This document shows, in pieces, positions 10,611-20,397 of a DNA stretch of 64,000 nucleotides. Position 1 is the stretch's first letter; the number at the start of each line of letters is the position of its first letter. The notes below the pieces were generated by a model, which did not search any database, had not been told where the DNA came from, and worked only from the letters and a program-made list of their open reading frames with translations. The stretch spans positions 5,952 through 69,951 of the forward strand of contig JABILG010000003.1 of assembly GCA_018654605.1 (NCBI GenBank), given 5' to 3'. A program made the translations under genes and the position numbers. This DNA is from a bacterium (lineage in GTDB: Bacteria; Desulfobacterota_D; UBA1144).

Positions 10611-11915
10611 TTATTTCCTAAAATTATTCAGTGTCTCAAAGAAATTTGGAAAAGATATTGAGACACATTCTGGTTCTTTTATTGACGTAACACCTTTTGC
10701 TATTGTTCCCGCAATGGCAATCATCATTGCTATTCTGTGGTCCATGTGGCTTTCACAATCTGATCCTTTAAGATTATCTTTTCCTTTAATCAGGATACCA
10801 TCATCTGTTTCCTCAATATCACTACCAAGTTTCCTGAGCTCACTCACAGTAGTTCTTATTCTATCAGATTCCTTGAATCTTAGTTCACCAGCATCTAGAA
10901 CTTCTGAGGTTCCCTCAGCTAAAGCACATGCTAAGGATAGAATTGGTATTTCGTCGATTACCATCGGGATAGAATCCTTTTCAATTTTTATGGATTTTAA
11001 ATTACTACTCTTGACTAGAATATCACCTATCAGTTCACCGTTAATTTCATGGGCATTTACAGTCTCAATTTCACCACCCATTTTTTTCAAGATTTCGATG
11101 AAGTGAATTCTGGTACTATTTAAGCACACATTTCTAATTATAAGCTCTGAATTTTTATTAATTAGAGCTGCAACAATAAAGAAAGCGGCAGATGAAGGAT
11201 CACCAGGTACGTCAAAGGATTCAATTTCTACTTTAGGCTCGGGTTGAATGATGATTTCATCTTTTTCGATAGTCAAGTTGTTAGTACATGATTTAAGCAT
11301 TATTTCAGTATGATTCCTGGATTTCTTAATTTCTTTGAGCCTTGTCTCTCCCTCAGCGCATAAAGCAGCAAAGATTAATGCTGTCTTTACTTGAGCAGAA
11401 CCTAATTCTAGATTGAACTTTCCTCCTTTAAGTTGAGAAGCTGAGACTACTAATGGTAAGTTTCCTTCAGTGGAGGAGATTGATGCACCCATTTTCTCTA
11501 GTGGCTGGATTACTCTATTCATCGGGCGAGTTCTTAAGGAACTATCACCATCTAGTTTAGATTCAAATTTTTGACCGCTCAAGAGACCTATTATAAGTCT
11601 TGCTGTTGTGCCTGAGTTACCACAATCTAATATTCCTTCTGATGGGACAAACTCCTTGGCACCTCTTCCTCGAACAAAAATATTTCCTTTAACTTCTGCA
11701 AACTGTACTCCTATATCCGCAAGACATTTTATAGTTGTCTGAAGATCGCTAGAGATTGTTCTTACATCTTCGGACATAGCAAGGTTAGATATTTTTGTCA
11801 TCTCTTTATTGAGAGAGGCTATGAACAGAGCTCTGTGACCAATAGATTTATCTGCGGGAACTTGTATGTCACCTTTGAATATATAGTCAGAACTTTTAAT
11901 CTTAATCTTATCCAT
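10611..11915 (-). CDS. aroA: EPSP synthase (class II)
   Basis: DKS..HR, DCGNSGTT, SAQVK, RNHTE, KESDRI, DHRIAM. Confidence 0.96.
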   Translation of the reverse strand: MDKIKIKSSDYIFKGDIQVPADKSIGHRALFIASLNKEMTKISNLAMSEDVRTISSDLQTTIKCLADIGVQFAEVKGNIFVRGRGAKEFVPSEGILDCGNSGTTARLIIGLLSGQKFESKLDGDSSLRTRPMNRVIQPLEKMGASISSTEGNLPLVVSASQLKGGKFNLELGSAQVKTALIFAALCAEGETRLKEIKKSRNHTEIMLKSCTNNLTIEKDEIIIQPEPKVEIESFDVPGDPSSAAFFIVAALINKNSELIIRNVCLNSTRIHFIEILKKMGGEIETVNAHEINGELIGDILVKSSNLKSIKIEKDSIPMVIDEIPILSLACALAEGTSEVLDAGELRFKESDRIRTTVSELRKLGSDIEETDDGILIKGKDNLKGSDCESHMDHRIAMMIAIAGTIAKGVTSIKEPECVSISFPNFFETLNNFRK

Positions 11916-11951
11916 TTTTATCTCGTTAAGTTATAATACCTAATAAATCCT

Positions 11952-12896
11952 ATGCTGAAATCTTTTTCAAAATATAAAAAAGCTTTGCTGATCGGAATAG
12001 GCGGGGGAGCTGATATTATTGGAACAATCCCAACCAAACTACATTTAGAGTCTTTCGGAATTAAATGTATTTTAGGTGGTTTACCGTGGGAAAGATATTC
12101 GATAGATCCATTTCCTGGTCCTCGACCTTTTGACCAAATAGTTAATGTAACCAATATAAATGATAGTTTTTGCTGGGCAAATGAAAAAACTCAAACTGAA
12201 GATGGGTTATTGTTCAGTGAATCCAAAGTCTCAAAAGTATTAAAAGAAAAAATTTTATTAGTCAATATTTTCAATAGTTCTTCTAAGATTGCCAAAGACC
12301 TTAAAGAATTTTGTAAAAAAAATAAAATTGATTTAATTGTTGGAGTTGACGTTGGAGGAGACGTTATGGCTAAGGGAGACGAGCCAGGTCTCTCTAGTCC
12401 TTTGGCTGATTCTATAATGTTATCAGCCTTAAAAAAGGTCGAAACATCAGTAGATACTAAAATAGCGGTGTTAGGTTATGGAAGTGATGGTGAGCTGGAA
12501 CCCTCAGAGTTGAACAACTCCTTATCTATAATTTCAAAGAAAAAAGGTCTTATTGGAATGCTTGGAATAAACGCTGATTCACAAAGAATCATGAAAAAAC
12601 TTATTGCAAAAATTGAAACTGATGCAAGTCGCATACCTACTTTGGCTTTTAGCGGTACATACGGATTATCTAAAATTAGACGTGGAAGAATTGAAATTGA
12701 TATTCATCCGTTTTCTCAGATTACGGTTTATATTAAGACTAATGTTATCTTTAAAGATATATCGCTGTCTGCTAAGCTGATACATAATTCATCTAATATA
12801 TGGGAATCCAATAATATTCTTTTGAAGAATGGATTTAAAACGGAGTTAGATTTTGAAATAAAAAAACATCTTACTTCATTAGAAGATATAAGATAA
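11952..12896 (+). CDS. DUF1152-like protein of unknown function
   Basis: GIGGGADI, GVDVGGD, SPLAD, GSDGEL motifs recalled for DUF1152. Confidence 0.7.
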   Translation: MLKSFSKYKKALLIGIGGGADIIGTIPTKLHLESFGIKCILGGLPWERYSIDPFPGPRPFDQIVNVTNINDSFCWANEKTQTEDGLLFSESKVSKVLKEKILLVNIFNSSSKIAKDLKEFCKKNKIDLIVGVDVGGDVMAKGDEPGLSSPLADSIMLSALKKVETSVDTKIAVLGYGSDGELEPSELNNSLSIISKKKGLIGMLGINADSQRIMKKLIAKIETDASRIPTLAFSGTYGLSKIRRGRIEIDIHPFSQITVYIKTNVIFKDISLSAKLIHNSSNIWESNNILLKNGFKTELDFEIKKHLTSLEDIR

Positions 12897-13752
12897 TTGG
12901 AATGAATGGAATAGATAAAATTGTAGAAACAAAAACTAGAGAGGCTACTTTTTCGGGAGATTTATTGTACCTATCAGAAAGTATAAAATTAAAAACCGCA
13001 GAAGGCATAGAAAACTGTAGAATCATAATTTTTGCTATAAGTCCCTGAACACCTAAGACTGTACAAATCCCAAAACCAAGTATTGAACCAAGAAGTAAAC
13101 GAAGTGAACCTAGAAGCAGGTTTTCGTTAAGATTGACTATTTTAGTTTCAGAAAGCTTATGACCAAGGCTAAACATCATTAAAGGGATACTCGTAGTACC
13201 TAGAAGATTTATAGCATTATTAAGGCCAACATTAACTTTTATGTCTAAATTGTTAAGAAGCAGAGCTAGTGTAACAGCATAGATTAAAGGTGTTTTAAAT
13301 ACCTCCATAATTTTTTTTGGCCCATTCAATATAAATATCCCAACTGAACAGTGATAGAAGAATACAATTGTTGTAAAGATTATTGCGTATTCAAATGCTT
13401 GATTCCCAAAAGCATAAAGAGCTATTGGAAGAGCCATGTTAGCAGTGTTTGGGAAGACTAAAGGATTCAGGAAAGTAACTATGTTCTTTCTTAGAAGTTT
13501 CAATATTATCGAAAAAACCCCCATCCCAATAAATATCATTAATGTGCCAGCAATTAGTATTTGGGACGCGGCTTCCATTGTGATTTTTCCATCTATTAGT
13601 GATGAAAATATTAAACATGGGGTTGATATATATAAAAGCAAAAGATTTATTGGCTTTAGGTTTACATTTGTTACTTTACCAAAAGTGAACCCAGTAAGTA
13701 TTATAATAATTACCGGAAGTATAACTTCAAAAACTTTTATCCATAAATCCAT
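12871..13752 (-). CDS. AEC (auxin efflux carrier-like) family transporter
   Basis: About 10 TM helices; FPNTANMALP, IPLMMFSLG, MPSAV motifs. Confidence 0.88.
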   Translation of the reverse strand: MDLWIKVFEVILPVIIIILTGFTFGKVTNVNLKPINLLLLYISTPCLIFSSLIDGKITMEAASQILIAGTLMIFIGMGVFSIILKLLRKNIVTFLNPLVFPNTANMALPIALYAFGNQAFEYAIIFTTIVFFYHCSVGIFILNGPKKIMEVFKTPLIYAVTLALLLNNLDIKVNVGLNNAINLLGTTSIPLMMFSLGHKLSETKIVNLNENLLLGSLRLLLGSILGFGICTVLGVQGLIAKIMILQFSMPSAVFNFILSDRYNKSPEKVASLVFVSTILSIPFIPIILYLLMK

Positions 13753-13810
13753 ATCACTAGTCTACCAAATGTGAATTGATAAATGACACTTGTTAGTTAT
13801 AATTTTTCAA

Positions 13811-14206
13811 ATGTGGTTTCTTAGGACTACTTCATCTTTGGCATCTTTGTTGCCGAGGCTTATTCTTGCATTAACTTTCATTCCAGCAGGTTGGTATAAG
13901 ATTACAGATTTTGAGCAGAAAGCCCTTTCTTGGAGTGTTAATTTTGGCTTTCCAATGTGGGCAACAGGAGTAGCAGTCTTTGTGGAGTTTTTTGGTGGAA
14001 TTGCTATAGCGCTTGGATTATTAACTAGATTGGCAGCACTCGGAATCTTAATTGTTATGTGTGTAGGAATATGGGTTGCCCATCTTGATGACGGGTATTT
14101 CCCTACTTATGATACCTATGGATATCAATTGTGTCTCGTTGGTTTAGCATATTCGTTGTTATTTGTTGGTGGTGGAAAATACTCACTAGACTATAGGTTC
14201 TTTTAG
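13811..14206 (+). CDS. DoxX family membrane protein
   Basis: R....F...GW.K, VEFFGG...LGLLTRLAA, GGGKYSLD. ATG 13811 preferred over TTG 13790. Confidence 0.88.
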   Translation: MWFLRTTSSLASLLPRLILALTFIPAGWYKITDFEQKALSWSVNFGFPMWATGVAVFVEFFGGIAIALGLLTRLAALGILIVMCVGIWVAHLDDGYFPTYDTYGYQLCLVGLAYSLLFVGGGKYSLDYRFF

Positions 14207-15384
14207 ATATTTAGATTTCTTTTAATTAGTTCTACTGCGGGTTGATCAAACGGATTTACCTTCATCTTTTTAGCAAGAATTAAAGTTGTTAGCTGAAGAA
14301 TAATAAGTAATGCGCCAAGGCTCTCCTCGTTTAGCCTATTAATTTCTATCTCAACATATGGAATTCTCTTAATATCTAATGCCTTAATAGTAGCATTCTT
14401 TTCCTTTAGTACTGACTTATTAAGTTCGGGATTTCCCTTTTTATAATTCTTAATCGATAAAACTGTTAGAGTTTTATCTTTAGGCCCATCTAGTATAAGT
14501 TGCATTTGGGAATGTTGATCTTTAGGCCCTAAATATCTTATTGGAGTAAGTCCAGTTGAGACTCGATTTGCAGAGACTTTACCTAAGCTTTCACCCCATA
14601 ATTGCATGAACCATTCACCAAAATATTCCATATTATTCTTATATGACATAATGCCCGTATTAGTCTTACCTTTATTTAAGTTTTTATAATAGAAATTAGC
14701 CAAGCAATTAATTGGAACAAATCTACTTTTTAGAATTATCTCATAAGAGTTTAGAGCCCCCTTTATAATCCTTTTCCAGTCAATACTCATCATTTGGCAA
14801 GGTATCAGAGAGGATTTGCTTAACACAGAGAATCTGCCGCCAATGTCTGGATTTATATAAAAGGTATATATGCCTTCTTTTTTACCAAATTTATTTAAAT
14901 ATCCATTGTTGTTTTCAGTGATGAAGAATATAGAGGAGCTAATTCTAATACTTTTTGAAACAAGTTTTTTAACAGTTTCTTTTAATAATTTTTTTATCTC
15001 AAAAGTGCTTCCTGACTTGCTTATAAAAACAAAGTTGGTTGATCTAATATTTATGTCATTAAAAACCTTGTCAAAGTATTCGCCATCAAGATTATCTACT
15101 AAAAAAACTTTCTTTTTGAAATTATCCTGTTTGGATAAGCTTTCGATTATAGTCTTTATTCCAAGGCTAGATCCTCCCATGCCAAAAAATACCAAATCTT
15201 TATTTTGAAAATTTCTTTTATTAAGTAATGTTTTAGTTTTATTTAGTTCTTTAATTTCTTTTATAAGCTCGAGCTCATTGATTTCATTTATGGTCTTAGC
15301 TGAAGACGGATTATGTTTATTGTTGGAATATTCAGGAACTGTTAACTTAATTTGATTAATATTAAATTTATTATTTGTTACCAT
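14203..15384 (-). CDS. pgi: Glucose-6-phosphate isomerase (short form)
   Basis: GMGGSSLG, SKSGST.E, GGRFSVLS, QLWGESLGK, DQHS..Q, NPFDQPAVE..K. Confidence 0.88.
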   Translation of the reverse strand: MVTNNKFNINQIKLTVPEYSNNKHNPSSAKTINEINELELIKEIKELNKTKTLLNKRNFQNKDLVFFGMGGSSLGIKTIIESLSKQDNFKKKVFLVDNLDGEYFDKVFNDINIRSTNFVFISKSGSTFEIKKLLKETVKKLVSKSIRISSSIFFITENNNGYLNKFGKKEGIYTFYINPDIGGRFSVLSKSSLIPCQMMSIDWKRIIKGALNSYEIILKSRFVPINCLANFYYKNLNKGKTNTGIMSYKNNMEYFGEWFMQLWGESLGKVSANRVSTGLTPIRYLGPKDQHSQMQLILDGPKDKTLTVLSIKNYKKGNPELNKSVLKEKNATIKALDIKRIPYVEIEINRLNEESLGALLIILQLTTLILAKKMKVNPFDQPAVELIKRNLNI

Positions 15385-16343
15385 TTTAAAACTGCTGAAC
15401 CCCAGGCAAAACCAGCCCCAAAAACAGAGAATAAAATGTTATCCCCCTTCTTGATTTTTGATTCGTTAAGCGCTTCGTGTAAGGCTAATAGGACGGAGGC
15501 AGATGAAGTATTTCCGTATTTCTCAATATTAACAAAACATTTCTCTATTGGGAGATCTAGCCTTTCTCTTGCTGCTTCAATGATACGCATATTGGCCTGA
15601 TGAGGGATAAATAGGTCTATTTCATTTGGTGTTATTCCCGCAGCTTCAATAGCTTCTAGCGAGTTTGACTGAATTACTTTGACTGCTTCTTTAAAGACTT
15701 CTTTCCCGTGCATTACGAGAAAACGTGAACCATTCGGGTCTTTTGACCCGCCACCAGGTGTATATAATAGCTCTGCTTCATTACCACTGGCACCTAAACA
15801 GACAGACATAATTCCAGGTGTATCACTTTCTTCTATTACTACTGCACCTGCACCATCACCAAATAGTATGCAAGTTCCTCTGTCAGTATAATCAACAATC
15901 TTAGATAAGTTCTCGGCCCCAACTAGAAGAAGTTTTTTTGCTTGCCCATTTTCAATCATCGCCTTTGCAATACTTAGACAGTAAATGAACCCCGAGCATC
16001 CTGCAGAGAGATCAAATGCAAAGACTTTTCTTGTATTAAGCTTATCCTGAAGCAAGCAGGCAACAGATGGGGTCATGTAATCAGGAGTAACTGTTCCAAC
16101 TATAATCCCATCGATTTCATCAGGATTAGTAGAAGAGTTTTTTAATGCTTGAAGACAAGCTTCATAGCACATATCTGAAGTAGCTTTATCTTTTTCAAGA
16201 ATCCTTCTTTCTGAAATACCGGTTCTTGCTTTTATCCATTCATCTGAAGTATCGACTAGAGATTCTAAGTCTTTATTTGAAAGTATTTTTTCTGGAATAT
16301 AAATTCCGGTACCTGTTATTTTTGCATAGCTCAAATTATCCAC
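15378..16343 (-). CDS. fabH: 3-oxoacyl-ACP synthase III
   Basis: DTSDEWI..RTGI, AGCSGF, FGDGAGA, HQAN, GNTS. Confidence 0.96.
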   Translation of the reverse strand: MDNLSYAKITGTGIYIPEKILSNKDLESLVDTSDEWIKARTGISERRILEKDKATSDMCYEACLQALKNSSTNPDEIDGIIVGTVTPDYMTPSVACLLQDKLNTRKVFAFDLSAGCSGFIYCLSIAKAMIENGQAKKLLLVGAENLSKIVDYTDRGTCILFGDGAGAVVIEESDTPGIMSVCLGASGNEAELLYTPGGGSKDPNGSRFLVMHGKEVFKEAVKVIQSNSLEAIEAAGITPNEIDLFIPHQANMRIIEAARERLDLPIEKCFVNIEKYGNTSSASVLLALHEALNESKIKKGDNILFSVFGAGFAWGSAVLKW

Positions 16344-16351
16344 CCAATCCT

Positions 16352-16816
16352 TTAATTGTTAGTATTTTTTATTATATCTTTAATGTCAATCCTGAAGTGA
16401 TTAAGGGTCTCAGCTAATTTGTCGCTGAATTGATTCTTAAGTTCTAAAATCTTTAAAGAATTATTTCTTTTGCTAAAAACTATTAGGGGTAAGCTACTAA
16501 AAGAGAAATAATTACAGATATTTTGAACTTCATTAATATTATCCACAGATATGAGATTAGATATTGTTTCAACTTTTACTTTGTTTTTATAAAACTCAAT
16601 TTTTAATTCTAAAGTAGGAAAATCACCCTGCATTATAGGGTTGAATACAAGTTCAAAGTCCATGGTAGTATCAAAATTCATAACAGATTGTGTCTGCATG
16701 CATGACGCAAGTAGGTAATAATTATCGTGGAAAATAATTATAGACCCTTCTTCAATAAAATTAAACTTTCTTAAGATGTCATCAATTGATATATTCTTAG
16801 TTGATTTTTTAATCAT
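16352..16816 (-). CDS. Hypothetical protein
   Basis: 154-aa ATG ORF ending 8 bp before the fabH start and filling the gap; no motif recognised. Confidence 0.6.
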   Translation of the reverse strand: MIKKSTKNISIDDILRKFNFIEEGSIIIFHDNYYLLASCMQTQSVMNFDTTMDFELVFNPIMQGDFPTLELKIEFYKNKVKVETISNLISVDNINEVQNICNYFSFSSLPLIVFSKRNNSLKILELKNQFSDKLAETLNHFRIDIKDIIKNTNN

Positions 16817-16869
16817 AATTATAGTACAATTCTAAAGCTTACACTTTAAGTTATCAAGGAGGAGTGTTC

Positions 16870-17070
16870 ATGACAGGTATAGCTATAGCTTTAAGCTTTA
16901 TTGCACTTTATTGGATTGCGGCTACAAATTTTGGAGAAAGCGAAGGTGCTGCAGATAGCGCCCCAGGTGAGACTCAGACACCTGCTTCAGATTCTTTGAC
17001 AGATGGTACGCCACAAACTACTGATGAAAGCATTACTGACGGATCTGAATTTAGCTCACCTAAAGGTTAA
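16870..17070 (+). CDS. Small single-pass membrane protein with acidic low-complexity tail
   Basis: Strong SD AGGAGGAG (16857-16864) before ATG 16870; hydrophobic N-terminal helix followed by a D/E/S/T/P-rich tail. Confidence 0.7.
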   Translation: MTGIAIALSFIALYWIAATNFGESEGAADSAPGETQTPASDSLTDGTPQTTDESITDGSEFSSPKG

Positions 17071-17084
17071 TTTTAAATTAACTT

Positions 17085-18029
17085 TTAGCCAGCGAAAGAT
17101 TCGAAATGTATATAATTCTGAAGATTTAGTATTGCGTCTGGCTCAGGCTCGTAATTAAAACTTTTCTGATTTATTGTTCGGGTAATAATTTTAATCCCTT
17201 CAATTAATCTATAAGTGCCTTTAGAGAAGTATGCATTGGCGTTCACTATATAAACTTGCCCACTGTTAAATGCGGGTATTTTGTTTAATTCTGGATTTTC
17301 CAATAAAAGATTAATCTCATTTAACGTCTGTTCTATATCGTACCCACAAGGCATTATGAATATAAAATGTGGTGCGAACTCCAATAGCTTTTCGAATGTA
17401 ATTTTTTCTGAATTTTGGGTTCCCCCTAATTTAATACTTGTTCCACCTGCAATATTAACTATCTCCGGAACCCAGTGTCCAGCTGAATAAATAGGATTTA
17501 TCCAATCCATACAAAAAACTCTAGGCTTATCGATAATATTTTTTGAAAAAGATAAAATAGTTTTTATTTCCCCATTTATTTTGTTAACGAGCTCGATGCC
17601 TTTGTCTTTGACCTTGAATTTGTCTGCGAGCAATAATATTGATTCGTTTATTTCTTTAATGGACCTAGGGCTAGTTGTTATAATCTCTGGTTTTTTTGAG
17701 AGCTTTAATAATATTTCTTCTATTTGAGAACTAGAGATAGCACAAACCTCGCATAAATCTTGAGTAATGATAAAATCAGGCTCTATTTTATTTATTGCCT
17801 CAATATCTAGCAAATAAATAGATTTATTTGAACTTGCACTTTCATTAATAGCTGTGTCTATTTGTAAGCTATTTAATTTGCGAAAGTCCAGAGTTGAGTC
17901 TAGTACTACCTCCTTGTTTTTTATTGATTCGGGGAAATTGCATTTGTGGCTAACCCCATAAATATTGTCTTCTAGACCAAGTGCGCAGAGAATTTCTGTA
18001 GCACCTGGTACAAGGGATATTATTTTCAT
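17085..18029 (-). CDS. Cobalamin-binding (BtuF-like) substrate-binding protein
   Basis: KIISLVPGATEILCALG, GVSH.C.FP, TQDLCEVC, AGHWVPE; downstream of the riboswitch-controlled TBDR. Confidence 0.82.
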   Translation of the reverse strand: MKIISLVPGATEILCALGLEDNIYGVSHKCNFPESIKNKEVVLDSTLDFRKLNSLQIDTAINESASSNKSIYLLDIEAINKIEPDFIITQDLCEVCAISSSQIEEILLKLSKKPEIITTSPRSIKEINESILLLADKFKVKDKGIELVNKINGEIKTILSFSKNIIDKPRVFCMDWINPIYSAGHWVPEIVNIAGGTSIKLGGTQNSEKITFEKLLEFAPHFIFIMPCGYDIEQTLNEINLLLENPELNKIPAFNSGQVYIVNANAYFSKGTYRLIEGIKIITRTINQKSFNYEPEPDAILNLQNYIHFESFAG

Positions 18030-18082
18030 AATTATATAGTAATGTTTTTTAGTGTTTCATCAAAATTCTTCAATGAATTTTT

Positions 18083-20107
18083 TTATATTTCACCCTTGAT
18101 TCCTATCAAGGTAGTCCTTCCTGGTGAATCAAAGTTTAGTATTTCCTGTCTTTTATCGTTAAGTACATTCTTGATTTTAACAAATAGTCTTAAATTGGGA
18201 TGAGCATTGTATGAATCTAGCTCATGCTCAGCATAAATGTCAAAATTCCAAAAAGGTTTATTCCACAGTCTGATATTTGATGATTCATAATCCCATCTTC
18301 CACCTGTATACGAGCCATCCAAGTAAACGTTGTAAGACTCGTTTGATTTGCTAAGTGTGAACCCACCGCTTTTCTTAGGCCTTCTTAGTAAATCTTTATT
18401 ATCAGGCCAGTTTGCATCGCCACCGTAGTTTCCACTCTTATCAACATTGGTCTCAAGTTGCGTATACCATATTTTAGTTCTTATATTATTTGGGAGATTT
18501 ATTAGCGTAGATAATTCTAATCCGCTACTAGACGCCTCTTGAATATTCTCATACACTGCGCCAGATTGAGTGCCGGTCACCCAGTTTGTATAAGTTATTA
18601 GATCATATATTTTCGTATTAAAATATGTAGCGCTTAGTACAATATTTTTCTTTATATTTTGGTCAAAGCCGAACTCGTAAGACTTTTGCCTCTCTGGCTT
18701 GAGGATGTAGCTTTGACTATAAGATTCATAAGTATTGGGATATTTCACCCCTTTGCTGAAACCACCTCTAACTATTGTAGAAGTTTCTAAGAATTCTTTG
18801 GATAAGAATATGGAAGGCAAAGTATAACCTCCATGGGTTTCATGATGGATCTTCCTTAGACCGGGATTAATTGATATTTTATATGGTAATTTAAAATTTA
18901 TGTTCCCATAGTATTGATTAATTTTGTCATCATGTGCGTAGTAAGTTCCACCAAAAGTATTATAATCACTGCTCTCTGTAGCAGTGTCATGTCCAATCAA
19001 ACTACTAATTGTTAAATTATTAAAATCTTTTGTATGCCTAGCATAATAGTCGAACCCTTCTCTTCTTTCCCAAAAGTTCGTATCACTATTAGTCTGAACT
19101 CCATTGAATGCTTGATAACCAGATTCAACCCATTTATGCATGTACCAATATTTGTATGTAGTTCCAACTGTTAGTGGATTTGCAAGTTTATATTCCAAGT
19201 TTATTGAACGAGTTGTAATATGTCTCCTATCTTTTTGTGTATTTAGGAAAGGTGTTGCTTCAGTATTGCCCGAACTATCAGTTGGATAATGGTATCTAAT
19301 CTTTTTCTTATCAAAACTGGCCTGAATCTTTAATTTATTATCAGCTGTGAATAAACTTAAACCAGCATTTAAGTTAGCCTTATCATACTTGTTGTTCTTA
19401 AGCATATGGCCATTATCGTCAATTCTTTTAAAGCTAATCGAGTACCCAAATCTGAGATAGTCATTATCCTTAGCGATAGAAATAGGGCCGGAAACATTTA
19501 TAGTTTCTTCATTTATAAAGTATGTACCGCCATTACTTTGTAATCCCCTGGAAGGTGATTCTCCGATTCCAAAAGCTGTATTAAAGGCAATTCTATTCTT
19601 TTTACTATACTTCTTAGTCTTAATGCTTATTACGGACCCCATTGCACCTGGTCCGTAAAGAGCGGCTTGCGGGCCTCTAAGGACCTCTATTTGCTCGATA
19701 TTATTAACGCTTAGTCTTGAAAAATTATAATAACCACCGATTTCATTAATCTTTACTCCGTCTACAATAACTAGATTGTGATCGCTCTCACTTCCTCTGG
19801 AAAAAATGCTTACTACTCCTCCTCTACCACCTGATTGCTTAATCGACAGACCCGGTATCTTTCTCAGTAATTCTTGAACATCGCTTGCTCCAGATTTTTT
19901 AATATCTGACTCTGTTATTACCGTAGCTGATCCACCAAATTGTGAGAATAAAATATCAGAATTAGAAATCTTAGGGGCTGAAAAGGTTAGTTCTGATGTT
20001 GTATCATTTGAGGCAGCAACTTTCCCCTTGGAACTAGAGACTGCCGCATCCTCAGCTTCAACAACAAAACTAAGAATTAAGAAAATAAATAGAAAAGAGA
20101 TTCTCAC
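18083..20107 (-). CDS. btuB: TonB-dependent receptor, probable vitamin B12 transporter
   Basis: Signal peptide; plug motifs LVIVDGV and IEQIEVLRGPQAALYG..AMG; LRRP; C-terminal PGRT; SD AAGGAG before GTG; cobalamin riboswitch upstream. Confidence 0.85.
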   Translation of the reverse strand: MRISFLFIFLILSFVVEAEDAAVSSSKGKVAASNDTTSELTFSAPKISNSDILFSQFGGSATVITESDIKKSGASDVQELLRKIPGLSIKQSGGRGGVVSIFSRGSESDHNLVIVDGVKINEIGGYYNFSRLSVNNIEQIEVLRGPQAALYGPGAMGSVISIKTKKYSKKNRIAFNTAFGIGESPSRGLQSNGGTYFINEETINVSGPISIAKDNDYLRFGYSISFKRIDDNGHMLKNNKYDKANLNAGLSLFTADNKLKIQASFDKKKIRYHYPTDSSGNTEATPFLNTQKDRRHITTRSINLEYKLANPLTVGTTYKYWYMHKWVESGYQAFNGVQTNSDTNFWERREGFDYYARHTKDFNNLTISSLIGHDTATESSDYNTFGGTYYAHDDKINQYYGNINFKLPYKISINPGLRKIHHETHGGYTLPSIFLSKEFLETSTIVRGGFSKGVKYPNTYESYSQSYILKPERQKSYEFGFDQNIKKNIVLSATYFNTKIYDLITYTNWVTGTQSGAVYENIQEASSSGLELSTLINLPNNIRTKIWYTQLETNVDKSGNYGGDANWPDNKDLLRRPKKSGGFTLSKSNESYNVYLDGSYTGGRWDYESSNIRLWNKPFWNFDIYAEHELDSYNAHPNLRLFVKIKNVLNDKRQEILNFDSPGRTTLIGIKGEI

Positions 20108-20192
20108 AATAAACTCCTTTCCTTCAAGTTTGATTCAAAAAAATTAGGTTTTAGCCTATTTTCCCTTAACCTCGAAGAAAAATAAAATATTT

Positions 20193-20341
20193 AATTGGCA
20201 GGTCTTCTGACTTAAAGTTCTTTTAGTTGCCTTCCCATTTTATAACAGTGGCTATTTAACTAAAAGTGTTAACTTATTACAGCAGCGGGTCTGTGTTGGA
20301 CTTACACCAACTTCCCTTTTAAGCTTTCGCAAACACCAATT
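20193..20341 (-). promoter_or_regulatory. Cobalamin (B12) riboswitch
   Basis: Minus strand reads AATTGGTG...AAAAGGGAAGTTGGTGTAAGTCCAACACAGACCCGCTGCTGT...GCCACTG...GGGAAGG...AGTCAGAAGACCTGCCAATT (B12 box; P1 AATTGG/CCAATT). Confidence 0.93.
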
Positions 20342-20346
20342 CTCAT

Positions 20347-20375
20347 AAGATATAAAATTAAGTATTAAAAGTCAA
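20347..20375 (-). promoter_or_regulatory. Sigma-70 promoter for the riboswitch/btuB leader
   Basis: TTGACT-17 nt-TATCTT, placing the transcription start at about 20340, the riboswitch 5' end. Confidence 0.7.
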
Positions 20376-20397
20376 ATTCTTTTGTATTATTTAATAT

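Noticed and set aside
11731-11778. Short duplication-like insertion in AroA (SEDVRTI/SSDLQTT)
   Set aside because: It is highly diverged at the DNA level and catalytic motifs are intact; likely a neutral loop insertion.
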